Source: an uncultured Planctomycetaceae bacterium
Lineage (GTDB): Bacteria; Planctomycetota; Planctomycetia; Gemmatales; Gemmataceae
DNA: 64,000 bases
Direction: 5' to 3'
Assembly: GCA_963790585.1 (NCBI GenBank)
Contig: CAWBOY010000004.1
Location: 108,423 to 172,422 of the forward strand
The position numbers and the translations under genes are program-made. This document shows positions 51,174 to 60,776 of the stretch, piece by piece. Every line of letters starts with the position of its first letter. Position 1 is the stretch's first letter. Under the pieces are notes generated by a model. The model saw only the letters and a list, made by a program, of their open reading frames with translations, had not been told where the DNA came from and made no database searches.

Positions 51174-51827
51174 TTACTGGGTACTCACATCACCGTTTTC
51201 TTTGCCAAGCGCATATGCAACGCGGTTGTCGCCCTCTGTGCTGAGCCGGATGTTCTCAATGTCACTGAAGTTGATCCACGCCTTCTTGTCCCTCATATTG
51301 CGGATCGTCTGCTTCAGGTCTTTGGGGACGGGTTTGCCAATATGCCTGTAGCCACTAAGGATGTGGCCAGGTCCGATCGACGTGGATTGCAGAACGTACT
51401 GAAGAAAATGGCAAAGTACCAAAATCTGATCCATGTCAGAGTTAGGAGCCTTAAGTGCGAAGAAGGCTTTGAGCGATTGTTTACCACTCGGCACGAAGTC
51501 AATGTCGCCGACCAGCTTAATCCCTGCGTTACGGTCCTTCCGATCACCCTCGCGACGCTTCTTGGGCACTTGGTCGGTGCCAACGTCGGAATCATCCTCG
51601 GTGGCCGGTGACGGCTCGGTTAAATCTGAATCGGCTTGGATTTGGCCTCCGTTGTGGAATTGGGCCGGATTGTCTGACAACGTATTGTCACCGTTATGTG
51701 GTGACAGAATGTTTGCGATACGCTTCGGAGTCGGTACCACATCGATAATAGGACGCCGCATCCGCTCGACAGGCGCAACGCCTCCTCGATCGACGTGTCC
51801 GACCCATTCAGCTCGACTTCCACCCAT
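51174..51827 (-). CDS. Hypothetical protein with an acidic, low-complexity N-terminal half. It is the first gene of the two-gene cassette.
   Basis: It is an ORF and the start is uncertain. Confidence 0.35.
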   Translation of the reverse strand: MGGSRAEWVGHVDRGGVAPVERMRRPIIDVVPTPKRIANILSPHNGDNTLSDNPAQFHNGGQIQADSDLTEPSPATEDDSDVGTDQVPKKRREGDRKDRNAGIKLVGDIDFVPSGKQSLKAFFALKAPNSDMDQILVLCHFLQYVLQSTSIGPGHILSGYRHIGKPVPKDLKQTIRNMRDKKAWINFSDIENIRLSTEGDNRVAYALGKENGDVSTQ

Positions 51828-52237
51828 CGCACGCGCAGACTACTATTAGGCTTCTGCGGCGTTTGTTCATTCGCGCGTTTTGCCACCTCGTACCTCCAAG
51901 TTTACTTGCCAGCTGTCAAGAAACCGATCTCGAATACAAGGTTCTAATTGGTAAATTGATCCGAGATGACCGCTATCTAATTGCCTTTTCAATTGGCCCA
52001 GCCAGGTAATGCGAAATCATTCCGCCCATCAATGCACAACTTGTGCCATACAACGTGGCTGGACATGTCATGTGGTTATAAGGTTCGGTGAATTCGGCGG
52101 ATACGACAATTGCGCATCAAAAAAACGGGATTGTGAAATACGTCACAAGCGTTCAGTGTGCCATTTTGGCAAAAAGAAGTCCTCGGACTGCCAAACTGCG
52201 CTATGAACGCATCCTTGTTGCCTTCATGGCACACAAG

Positions 52238-52355
52238 AGTGAGAGAAAAGAGTGTCCTATCCCAAGGAGATGCCTATGGAATGTCTGGATCGAGTACGCC
52301 ACTTTCCGTACATTCCGGGGCATCTCCTTGGGATAGGACACTCTTTTCTCTTCTC
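52238..52355. other. Long, nearly perfect inverted repeat forming a stem-loop (about 33-bp arms GAGAGAAAAGAGTGTCCTATCCCAAGGAGATGCC, with an inner GGAATGT/ACATTCC pair).
   Basis: The arms were read from the sequence. It lies about 250 bp beyond the 3' end of the RAYT gene. Confidence 0.55.
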
Positions 52356-52596
52356 TCGGATCATTACAGCGTTCCCATTATAGGCAAGTTGTATTTGGCA
52401 AACGCCTCAACCCAATTCCGTTGTTCCGGCGTTTCAGGAACAATGCAGTCACGGGCCCTGCTGACTTGTCGGATGTCTTCATTGAGATCAACGCAAGAGA
52501 GGAGAAAAAACTGGACGGGCGCGTTTAATATCGCCTTACTCGATTTAACCGCCGCCTTATTAAACGTGCTCGTCCCCTTTGTGCGCCGTGCTCTGG

Positions 52597-52878
52597 TCAG
52601 TTGAATGTGCCCAGAGTGGGGAATGTGTCGTGAATCCATTTTGATGATGACGCTTTCAATTTGCACATCAAATTTGAGAAGGACTCATCTGGTAGCCATC
52701 GCATGTAGATGTGAATGTGATCGTCGCCGCCGATGTCATGCAAAGTGCCTCTCTCCGAGCGAATGATACCGCCCATATAGGGATACAAACGCTCCGCGAT
52801 GTTCGATGTGCTCCATGGTTTACGTTGTTTGGTACTGAAGACGATGTGGAGGAGGATTAGGGAATAGGTGCCGGGCAT
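52597..52878 (-). CDS. tnpA: REP-associated tyrosine transposase (RAYT) / IS200-like TnpA (HuH motif HIHIY).
   Basis: YSLILLHIVFSTKQRKPW...GGDDHIHIYMRWLP is the IS200/IS605 Y1 transposase signature. Confidence 0.7.
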   Translation of the reverse strand: MPGTYSLILLHIVFSTKQRKPWSTSNIAERLYPYMGGIIRSERGTLHDIGGDDHIHIYMRWLPDESFSNLMCKLKASSSKWIHDTFPTLGTFN

Positions 52879-52887
52879 GACGGCTCC

Positions 52888-53018
52888 TTCGCCCCTGCCG
52901 GGGCGAAAAAGGGTTAGGGGAACGGATTCCACGGGTTGCGCTTCGCCCGCCTGACGGCGGGCTTCGCTTCACCCGTGGCTACAGCCCATCGCCCCTGCCG
53001 GGGCGAAATTAGGGACCC
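52888..53018. repeat. Two REP-like hairpins, TCGCCCCTGCCGGGGCGAA, at 52888-52908 and 52998-53018, flanking the RAYT 5' end.
   Basis: A perfect 6-bp-stem palindrome recurs 110 bp apart. Confidence 0.5.
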
Positions 53019-53045
53019 GTATTATTGCTTATTTTCCTGACGACC

Positions 53046-54398
53046 TCAAATAAACCTCGTCCACAACGCCTCATTCCGCACGCTCAACCACTTCCGCTGT
53101 TTCAGTTTCTCCTGTTCCTCTTTTTTCCGGGCCTTGTCATGCGGCGTCTCCAAGGGGCCGGTGCGGACGATGCGGCCGGCGTCTAGTTTGGATACCAGAT
53201 AGCGAAGGGCGGCCAGGGCGTGGTTGTTGTCGTCTTCCGGGGTTTCGGCCCGTTTGTTGGTGGCGTCGTCGCTGTAGCGGTAGAGTTGGGCCTCGGCCAG
53301 GAGATTCGGGCAGGCGCCAGGGATCACTTTGAGGCGGCCGCTTTGTAGGCGGGCGGTGACGGCGGCTATGCCTTGGCGCAGGGCGTTGTTGCCGGCACTG
53401 ATGGCGAAGCCGGCGCACTTCAACTCGCTGATCTCGCCTGCGCCGGAGGGGTCAGCATACCAGCGGACGGGGCGGGGGAGCTTCTGGGCGTGGTGGCTCA
53501 GGGGTTGATAGCGTTCGTAGTGTTCACCAGTTAGCCAAAGGATGTCGTCACGATCGACCGCGCCCCAAATGGCAGCGAAGGGGTTGCGGAAGCCGAAGTC
53601 GATGCCGCCGACTTTTCGACACTCGCCCAAGAAGGGCGTGCCGATAACAGGGGTGGTTATGAACTTGGCGAAATCGGGATATACCAGACCTTCTAACGCT
53701 TCAAAAGAGCAGCAATACTCTTGTCGGAACCATGACTCGCCCAGGTTGCGGCGATCCTCGTCGAGGAACTCTGGCTTGATGCGCGAAACCTGTGATGCGG
53801 GTACTTCGACGCGGGTCCATTCGGGGCCGCCGTTGGCCCAGGCTTCGTAGAAGAAGCCGCGTTTGCCATAGGGTGTGGATAGGCAAATCAGTCGGCCACC
53901 GGAGACGGCGATCATGGGGCGAACGGTGCGATACAAATCGTCGGGTACGCGCGCGGCCTCGTCAATTATCAGGACTTTCACGTTAGCGAAGCCACGAATG
54001 GTGTCGCCGCTGCAGGGCAGACTGATGAGGCGGCTATCGTTGGAGAGTTGCAATTCGTGCTCGCTCTTTCGCCGTACCATCGGCGAGCGCTTCTGGAAAA
54101 AGAAGTCGGAGACTCTGCGAAACAATTCGATCGATTGACGCAGGCTCCGCGATAGCATCAGTACGAGCGTATTCGGAATGAGTATAGCCTCGCCGAGCGC
54201 GAGCATGGCTACGGTGGTTGATTTTCCTGCCTGGCGGCTACAGTTCAGGAGGAGTCGTTTGGGGCGAGACTCCAGGATTTGGAGCTGCCAGGGGTCTGGC
54301 TCCAGGCCGAAGGCTCGCATCAAGTTTATGGAGGGTAGGGATTGTTTTTCGGGGGGCATGGTGGTTCTCTGGTGAGTTGTGGGGGGTGACTCCTTCAT
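53046..54398 (-). CDS. Phage terminase large subunit (ATPase plus RNaseH-like nuclease).
   Basis: The Walker A motif is NCSRQAGKST. The C-terminal nuclease motifs are DPSGAGE...DDNNHALAALRY. Confidence 0.75.
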   Translation of the reverse strand: MKESPPTTHQRTTMPPEKQSLPSINLMRAFGLEPDPWQLQILESRPKRLLLNCSRQAGKSTTVAMLALGEAILIPNTLVLMLSRSLRQSIELFRRVSDFFFQKRSPMVRRKSEHELQLSNDSRLISLPCSGDTIRGFANVKVLIIDEAARVPDDLYRTVRPMIAVSGGRLICLSTPYGKRGFFYEAWANGGPEWTRVEVPASQVSRIKPEFLDEDRRNLGESWFRQEYCCSFEALEGLVYPDFAKFITTPVIGTPFLGECRKVGGIDFGFRNPFAAIWGAVDRDDILWLTGEHYERYQPLSHHAQKLPRPVRWYADPSGAGEISELKCAGFAISAGNNALRQGIAAVTARLQSGRLKVIPGACPNLLAEAQLYRYSDDATNKRAETPEDDNNHALAALRYLVSKLDAGRIVRTGPLETPHDKARKKEEQEKLKQRKWLSVRNEALWTRFI

Positions 54399-54425
54399 CC
54401 CCTCGGGACGAGAGACGGGCGCGTG

Positions 54426-55550
54426 TCAAATCTGTGTTTCTTGTGGATACGGCTTTTCCTCATCCACCTCCCAAAACTCCTCCATGAAGCGGGCGTAGTC
54501 TTGGGCCGGATCGAATGGCCGATCATCGTATTTCGCGTGCCAGTAGTAGACGTTTCGTCCTTGGTGGCGCTGCAATTTGGACTCCACCTCAAGCCAGGCC
54601 TTGGCGCGATGGAGGGTGCGTTCGCTGATGTCGTGAGAACGGGCTTTGCAATAAAGACGCTCTCGGCTCTGTGGGCCTTCGCTCAGCCATTGCTCCAAGA
54701 AATCGGCGGCGGCTGGTTTGCCATCGCCTTGTTGATGTTGGCGTGCTCGACGGAGAATTAGGAGATCCTCCGCCGTGCGGTCTAGCTCACCCGTCCATTC
54801 GAGATGGGGTCGTCCGGTGTGATCGGCGCGAACGTAAAAGCCCAAAGATGGTGGACGCTCGCTGAGGTTTGTTTTGGAACAGGCAAGCACGCGCCTCTTT
54901 TGGTCGTCGGGGTCGGTAGCCACCAGGAAAGCAGTGCGTGCGGATCCCATAATGGCGATGGCACCTGTGCCGCGATGGATGGCGTTGCGGCCTTGTCCAC
55001 TTTTGGTGAGATGGCGGATGAAAACGAAGGCCGAGTGCGTCGCTTCGGCTATCTGTCCTAAGGGTGTCAATGCTTGCCGAACCATTTGATCGCTGACACT
55101 GAACGCCTTGGAGCTGAGAAACGCCAGAAACGGATCGATGACAATGAGGCGTGCGTTGTGCTGTTCGATGGTGGCGCACAATTGCTCGCAGTCCTCGGGA
55201 AAACGGGGAGGACGGCATTGGCCGTTTTGTCTTTGGCCTTCCCAAAGCCGCACCCGAGACAAATCCGCGCCGGCGGAACGTAAACGTGGTATCACGGTGT
55301 CGCGCAAGCCATCTTCACCGCCGATGAGCAAGACCGTGGCGGGTGCGGCGGCGGGTGTTCCATCCGGAAATGGCTTGCCGCTGGAGACGCGCGCTGCCAA
55401 GTCCAAAGTCAGCAGCGATTTGCCTTGCTGTGGATCGCCATCGATCAAGGTGAGCTTGCCGATAGCGATGCGCTGCGGCCAAAGCCAAGCCACTTCTTCC
55501 TCTTGGCATTCATCAAGATGGACCACCACATTTTCGAGATCGTTGGACAT
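54426..55550 (-). CDS. AAA_25/RecA-like ATPase, of the kind typical of integrated-element primase-helicase (RepA-like) proteins.
   Basis: The Walker A motif is LIDGDPQQGKSLLTLD and the Walker B motif is LIVIDPF. Confidence 0.6.
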   Translation of the reverse strand: MSNDLENVVVHLDECQEEEVAWLWPQRIAIGKLTLIDGDPQQGKSLLTLDLAARVSSGKPFPDGTPAAAPATVLLIGGEDGLRDTVIPRLRSAGADLSRVRLWEGQRQNGQCRPPRFPEDCEQLCATIEQHNARLIVIDPFLAFLSSKAFSVSDQMVRQALTPLGQIAEATHSAFVFIRHLTKSGQGRNAIHRGTGAIAIMGSARTAFLVATDPDDQKRRVLACSKTNLSERPPSLGFYVRADHTGRPHLEWTGELDRTAEDLLILRRARQHQQGDGKPAAADFLEQWLSEGPQSRERLYCKARSHDISERTLHRAKAWLEVESKLQRHQGRNVYYWHAKYDDRPFDPAQDYARFMEEFWEVDEEKPYPQETQI

Positions 55551-55875
55551 GGGGCGGACTCATTGAAAGGAAGAAATATGGGATTCATTGTCGTTGTGTG
55601 TCCCTTATATGTTCATTTGTACAAAGCCTTCGTGCGTTGTTGCCAGAGCGGATTTGGCGGTCGAATAAGGGATGTGTCGAGTAGGCTATTTGGCAAGGGT
55701 GCCAAGTGGCATGATGATGAATTGAAGGAGACTCAGGATGCAAACGGCTTTTAGCTATAGTGTTATGGAAAATAATTCGGCAAGCATGACAACGATGCGG
55801 CGAGTACCCTTGCCAAAAGTGATTTGGCATGGCAAGGGTGGTTTGGCCGGGAGGATAGAGGTAATAAACAGCCGC

Positions 55876-57707
55876 TCACGCCCCCTCACCCGTCGTCCGG
55901 CCCAAGGCAACGTCAAATTCGCTCAACAACGGCATTAGCATGGCGACGATCGCGAAGCCGAAGAAACTGGCGATCAGCAGAAAGGGCAACACCGGGTCGG
56001 CTGTTTCCTGCGAGCCGGGCTTGGCCACCAAGATATTCATGACCGTATAAAGCACGCTCAGCGGGCAAAGCCAGCTCGCCCAGGTCAGCGCGGTCGAGGG
56101 ACGCGAGCCGTTGAGCACCCACCACAAGCCGCCGATGCCGACGACGACGAAGAATAAAAAGCTGAACCATTGAAACTCAAATCGGCCGCTGATGAGAATC
56201 ATGCCGATGCAGAGCAATGTACCCATCGTCAGGAAGAAAATGGTCGAGAGCGTATAAAGCACCGCCGCCTGGCTGTTTTGCGTGCGCAGGGAAACGTGAA
56301 CGCCGAGAACCATTGCAAACGCCAGCAAAATCAGGGCGATGCCGACGACGCAGACGAACGCGGTAAAGTTCATGGAGCCCGCCAGGCCGGGCGAGCTGGC
56401 CGGCGGCCGAGCCAGGCATCCATACCAAGCATAGACGCCGGCGAGAATAAGCGGAGGCAGCAGATATTCCTTGGTGTTGAAGCAGATGCCGCCGAGCTTG
56501 CCGAAGATGAACTCGCCGGGCGTCAGATCGGTGACCAGCAGGAGATCGAGCGCCCCGGTATCACGTTCCGAAGTGATGGCCGTCGATGCCTGCGCCGCGA
56601 CGAGAAGCAGGCTCAACACGGCGACAGGCACCATGCCATAGGCCGCTTGATAAGGCACTTTTTCGCCGCGCAAGAGCGGTGCGAGGGCGCCATAGCAGAT
56701 GAGCGCGAGTACGAGCGCGTAAGCCGACTTCACGAGCAAGGGCCAACGGCCATAGGCGCGGGTGGCGATTTCGCGCCATAGAATCGGGTTCGGCCCGACG
56801 GTGCGGCTCTTGCCGGGCGCCGCGTGAGCCTTGGCCCGCAAATCGGCTTTCGCCGCCTCGTCGAGATTGGCGTCCTTGTCTTCATCTGGCACTTCGCGCT
56901 GCATGATCGGCTCGCCGCTCGGGTTCCAGACACGCAGCCGCATTATTCCCCAGCCATTGAGAATCAGGCTTACCAGCCCCATGACTACCGCGAAACCATA
57001 AGCCGGCGCAAAGCCCGCTGTCTGTACGCGTGTCGGATCCTGCACGCCGAGCAACGCCCGAAATGGGTCGACCCATTGCTGCGCCCTCGCAACGTCGAAA
57101 CTGGTCCAGCCGAAGAGCGGCACCGCCAACACCAAAACCGGCGCGATAATCAGATAGAGCATCAACAGTAAAACGGTGAGCGCCAACGATTGAAACGTCC
57201 TGTCGCGCAGAGCGCGACCAGCCCGCCCAGCGACGAGGCGGCGAGCGCCGTCGCACCGACGAGGAGCATCGCCTGGATCACTTGATGCAGCGACACGCCG
57301 CCGAGCAATATACAGAACATCAGCAGCGGCCCGGTCGCCAGGATTAATGCCGCGATTGGCAACAGACTCCCAAGGACCTTGCCCAGCACGATTTCCGTGT
57401 TGGTCATGTCGGTGAGCAAGAGCAAGAGAAAGGTCCGCCGATCCTTCTCGCGCGACACCGCCAAAGCCGACGAAATGGCCGCGAAGAAGAGGAACAGCCC
57501 CAGCTGCACCCAGGTCAAAATCTGAAACAACCGCGGCCCAAACCGTGCCGTCTCGCCCAACGTATCCGACCAGCTCCAGCCGACCATGGCGAGCCATGCC
57601 GTGACGCTAAGAATCCAGAGCGTACCGAGGTAAGTGACGCGCGTACCGAAATGCCGCCCGTTACGCGGGATAGTGAGCCATTCGCGCTCGAAAATGGGGC
57701 CTAACAC
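55876..57707 (-). CDS. Polytopic membrane permease with an internal duplication (ABC-2/NosY-like), with a frameshift near 57190.
   Basis: The halves SREKDRRTFLLLLLTDMTNTEIVLGKVLG and TSERDTGALDLLLVTDLTPGEFIFGKLGG are repeated. Two overlapping ORFs are in different frames. Confidence 0.45.
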
Positions 57708-57773
57708 GATGGTTTCGTCCCTAGTCGTTAAAATCGTTTATAGCCCCCGGCTTACCAGGGTAAAACCCGCTAC

Positions 57774-58205
57774 TCACTGAGCCGCCGCACGCCGCCGCGC
57801 GATCCGTGCGGCGATGAACGAATTGACGCACAAACCTACGTAGACAATACAAATAGCCGCCATTGCGGTTTGCAGGAGGACGGCCTTGGTGGCATCAGTG
57901 CCGTTGGCTCGCGTGACGACGCCGTCCTGGATCAGCGCGGGCAGCTTCGGAAACGCCATGACCGCTGGGACGATGACGCCGATCAAGCCAATGAAGACGG
58001 CCGCGTGCATGACGTGCATGCGTACTTTTTCCTTACGTGCGAAGATGCCGAGGACAATGAGCGCCAAGCCGAAAGCGGCGGGAATGAGCGCGGTCATGTG
58101 CTCGAGACTGGCGCCGCTCCAAACCCAGCCGCCTACGCCCAGGCCCGATAAAATGACGCCGAACAGGACCGTGATACCTGCCACTGCTTGCCTCCTCGCG
58201 GACAC
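57774..58205 (-). CDS. Small membrane protein (four TM helices), hypothetical.
   Basis: It has hydrophobic helices. Confidence 0.4.
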   Translation of the reverse strand: MSARRQAVAGITVLFGVILSGLGVGGWVWSGASLEHMTALIPAAFGLALIVLGIFARKEKVRMHVMHAAVFIGLIGVIVPAVMAFPKLPALIQDGVVTRANGTDATKAVLLQTAMAAICIVYVGLCVNSFIAARIARRRAAAQ

Positions 58206-58256
58206 GCTGAGAATCGGGGATGACCGATGAGTACCGGTGTATTGTAGGACAGAAGT

Positions 58257-59300
58257 CTACACTTCGATCATCTCCTCCGAGTTCGCCTCCTCCAGATCCA
58301 TCGGCGGGTTGGGCCATGTTATGCACAGCCAAATGCCCAGGTAATAGAGCGACCACATCGGTACAGCCATGCAGAGCGCACTCACGGGATCGGGCGAAGC
58401 CGAAAGAAAACACGAGAGTATCAAGATAATCATAAACGCGATCTTCCAGCTACCGGTGTAGCTCTCGATCGTGAAAATGCCAACCTTGTAAAGGAAATAC
58501 ATCACCAACGGCAGTTGAAAGGCGACGCCGAACATTACCGGCATCAGGATGGCGAACGTGAGCCAATCGCTGAGCCGGAGCACCGGCTCGACGCCGACCC
58601 ATTTGGTGAAGGACAGCAACCAGGAGATGCCGATCGGCAAGACGATGAACTGGCAGAGCAAAACTCCGAGCAGAAATAATGTCAGGCTCATCGGCATGAA
58701 TATATGGACATATTGTTTCTCCTGGGGATACAGCCCCGCGGCGACAAAGGCCCAAATTTGATAAAAGACCCACGGAGCCGACAACACGATGCCGCAATAA
58801 ACGCTCACCAGGCACCAAACGGTGAAGCCCTCGGTGATCGTCAGTGTTATGAGCGTCGGCGTCGGCCCGACGACGTTTTGCAAAGGTTGGATGACGTCGA
58901 ACATCTCATTGGGACGGATGCGCGCGGGCAGTCTTACCCAGTCGTCAGATAGCGTCTCACCGTTCAACCCGAGCCGCTTGGCCAGTTCTTTCAGTTGCAC
59001 CTCGACAGGAAACTCCCGCGGCTCGCGCATCGCGGTGTATTTCGGGTCTTGGCTCTCCCGGATTTTCTTGAGGTCCTCTTTGACGCGCTCGTCATGGAAG
59101 GCTTTCAACTGTTTTTCGATTGGGGCGCGAATGAACGCCAGCAGCGGCTCGGCGACGAAGAAGCCGAGGATCAGGCCGATCATGAAGCCTTGAAACGCCT
59201 TGACAATCGCGGTGCGAAGCTCTTCGATATGGTCGCCCAGAGACATACGCGTATGGGCGAACATATCGTCGGGATCGGGACGGTCATCCAACAGACTCAT
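58257..59300 (-). CDS. tatC: Twin-arginine translocase subunit TatC with a long periplasmic insertion. The probable start is MSLGDHIEELR at 59246.
   Basis: It has the N-terminal HLxELR motif and a six-TM architecture. Confidence 0.75.
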   Translation of the reverse strand: MSLLDDRPDPDDMFAHTRMSLGDHIEELRTAIVKAFQGFMIGLILGFFVAEPLLAFIRAPIEKQLKAFHDERVKEDLKKIRESQDPKYTAMREPREFPVEVQLKELAKRLGLNGETLSDDWVRLPARIRPNEMFDVIQPLQNVVGPTPTLITLTITEGFTVWCLVSVYCGIVLSAPWVFYQIWAFVAAGLYPQEKQYVHIFMPMSLTLFLLGVLLCQFIVLPIGISWLLSFTKWVGVEPVLRLSDWLTFAILMPVMFGVAFQLPLVMYFLYKVGIFTIESYTGSWKIAFMIILILSCFLSASPDPVSALCMAVPMWSLYYLGIWLCITWPNPPMDLEEANSEEMIEV

Positions 59301-59541
59301 CGGCGCACCTCAAGCAGGCAGCACAAGAGCAGCCCGCGTTCGTCTGGCGGGGAAAAAGAGATCGGCCCAAGAGGGATCTCAGGCGGCGACAGCGCGGGAC
59401 CACTCGGGTTGTATTGAGGCTCCCGAGCCCGCGCTCCGGCTGGGAAGCGGGGGAGAACCGGCCATAAGCCCCTAGCTCGCAAAGGAGAGAGGGGGAAAGT
59501 CATGAAGATATCGTAGTCACGTCACGGGACGAGGGGAAGAG

Positions 59542-60402
59542 TCACCGCGTCGCCCCAAGCCAGGTCGCAACCGCGGCGCGATAGCCTTCGAGCAGGCGCC
59601 GCGTCACTGGCCCGGGCGCGCCGCTGCCGACAGGTTTGCCGTCAACGCGGACCACAGGCAAGACTTCCGAGCCCGTGCCGCTCAGGAATAGCTCGGCGAC
59701 CTCAGGTAGCTCCGACCGATTAAGCATACGCTCTTGCACGGGGACATCGAATTTCGACGCGAGGCGGAACAGGATGCGCCGCGTCACACCGGGGAGAATG
59801 CCGGGCCCAGCGGGCGCTGTGACGAGAACACCGTTTTTCACGCCGAACAGGCTCGAATGAGTCCCCTCTGTCAAGCTGCCATCGGGGAGATAGAGAAGGG
59901 CTTCGTGACAGCCCGCTTCCTTGGCGGTCTGCATCGCCATGACGTTGCCGAGCAGATTCGTCGATTTGATGTCACAGCGATCCCAGCGGATGTCAGGCTG
60001 CAGAATGACGCACGCTCCCGTTTCTCTTAGTTCCTTATAGGGATCCTTAAACTCGGATACCCAGAGCAGTTCGGTCGGCGATACATTGACGGGAAAAGCG
60101 TGCGTGCGCGGCGCGACGCCGCGTGTGATCTGCATGTAAACGAGCGCTTCGCTGAACGGGCCGGCGGCGATGGTCTCATGCATTCGCCGGCGGAGCCTAG
60201 CGAAATCGACGCCGTGAATACGGATCGACGCCAGGCTGTTGGCGAAGCGCTCGAAATGCTCTTCGCACAGCCAGGGCTTACTCTGATAGACCCGTAATAC
60301 TTCGTAAACCGCATCGCCGAAGAGGAAGCCACGATCCAGGACAGGGACTTTAACTTCGGTCAACGGCAGGATTTTACCATCGAAATGTGCGAGGGTTTCC
60401 AT
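59542..60402 (-). CDS. Class IV aminotransferase (branched-chain / D-amino-acid aminotransferase or aminodeoxychorismate lyase family).
   Basis: It has FLFGDAVYEVLRVY, ...EALLY... and ...GTGSEVLPV... motifs and is 286 aa. Confidence 0.7.
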   Translation of the reverse strand: METLAHFDGKILPLTEVKVPVLDRGFLFGDAVYEVLRVYQSKPWLCEEHFERFANSLASIRIHGVDFARLRRRMHETIAAGPFSEALVYMQITRGVAPRTHAFPVNVSPTELLWVSEFKDPYKELRETGACVILQPDIRWDRCDIKSTNLLGNVMAMQTAKEAGCHEALLYLPDGSLTEGTHSSLFGVKNGVLVTAPAGPGILPGVTRRILFRLASKFDVPVQERMLNRSELPEVAELFLSGTGSEVLPVVRVDGKPVGSGAPGPVTRRLLEGYRAAVATWLGATR

Positions 60403-60776
60403 CGGGACTCTCCAAATACTAGTCCTGTCGCCAGCGCACTGTTCATGCTACGAATCCACGCCGCAAAGGTCGACTGCGCGATCGCAGGTCAAATCACGTT
60501 TCGCGGTCTTGATTCACCCAACCTCGTCGTTTTTCGAGGCCCCATTCTTTTTCCTTACCAAGAATATGGAACAATCGGTGACAATTCCTTAACGAAATGC
60601 TTGCTCATCATTCCCGCGAGGATGTACAATTCGTTGGATTCCCACCATCCGGCAGGGGCGCTGCTCTCCACCATGCCGCCTGAGGATGCCGTCATCCGCG
60701 CCCCGCCTTAATCGTTACTCTCGATACAATCGTTCGGTCCGACAGCTTTCAAGGGTGTCACACAAGGGGAGCCTCG

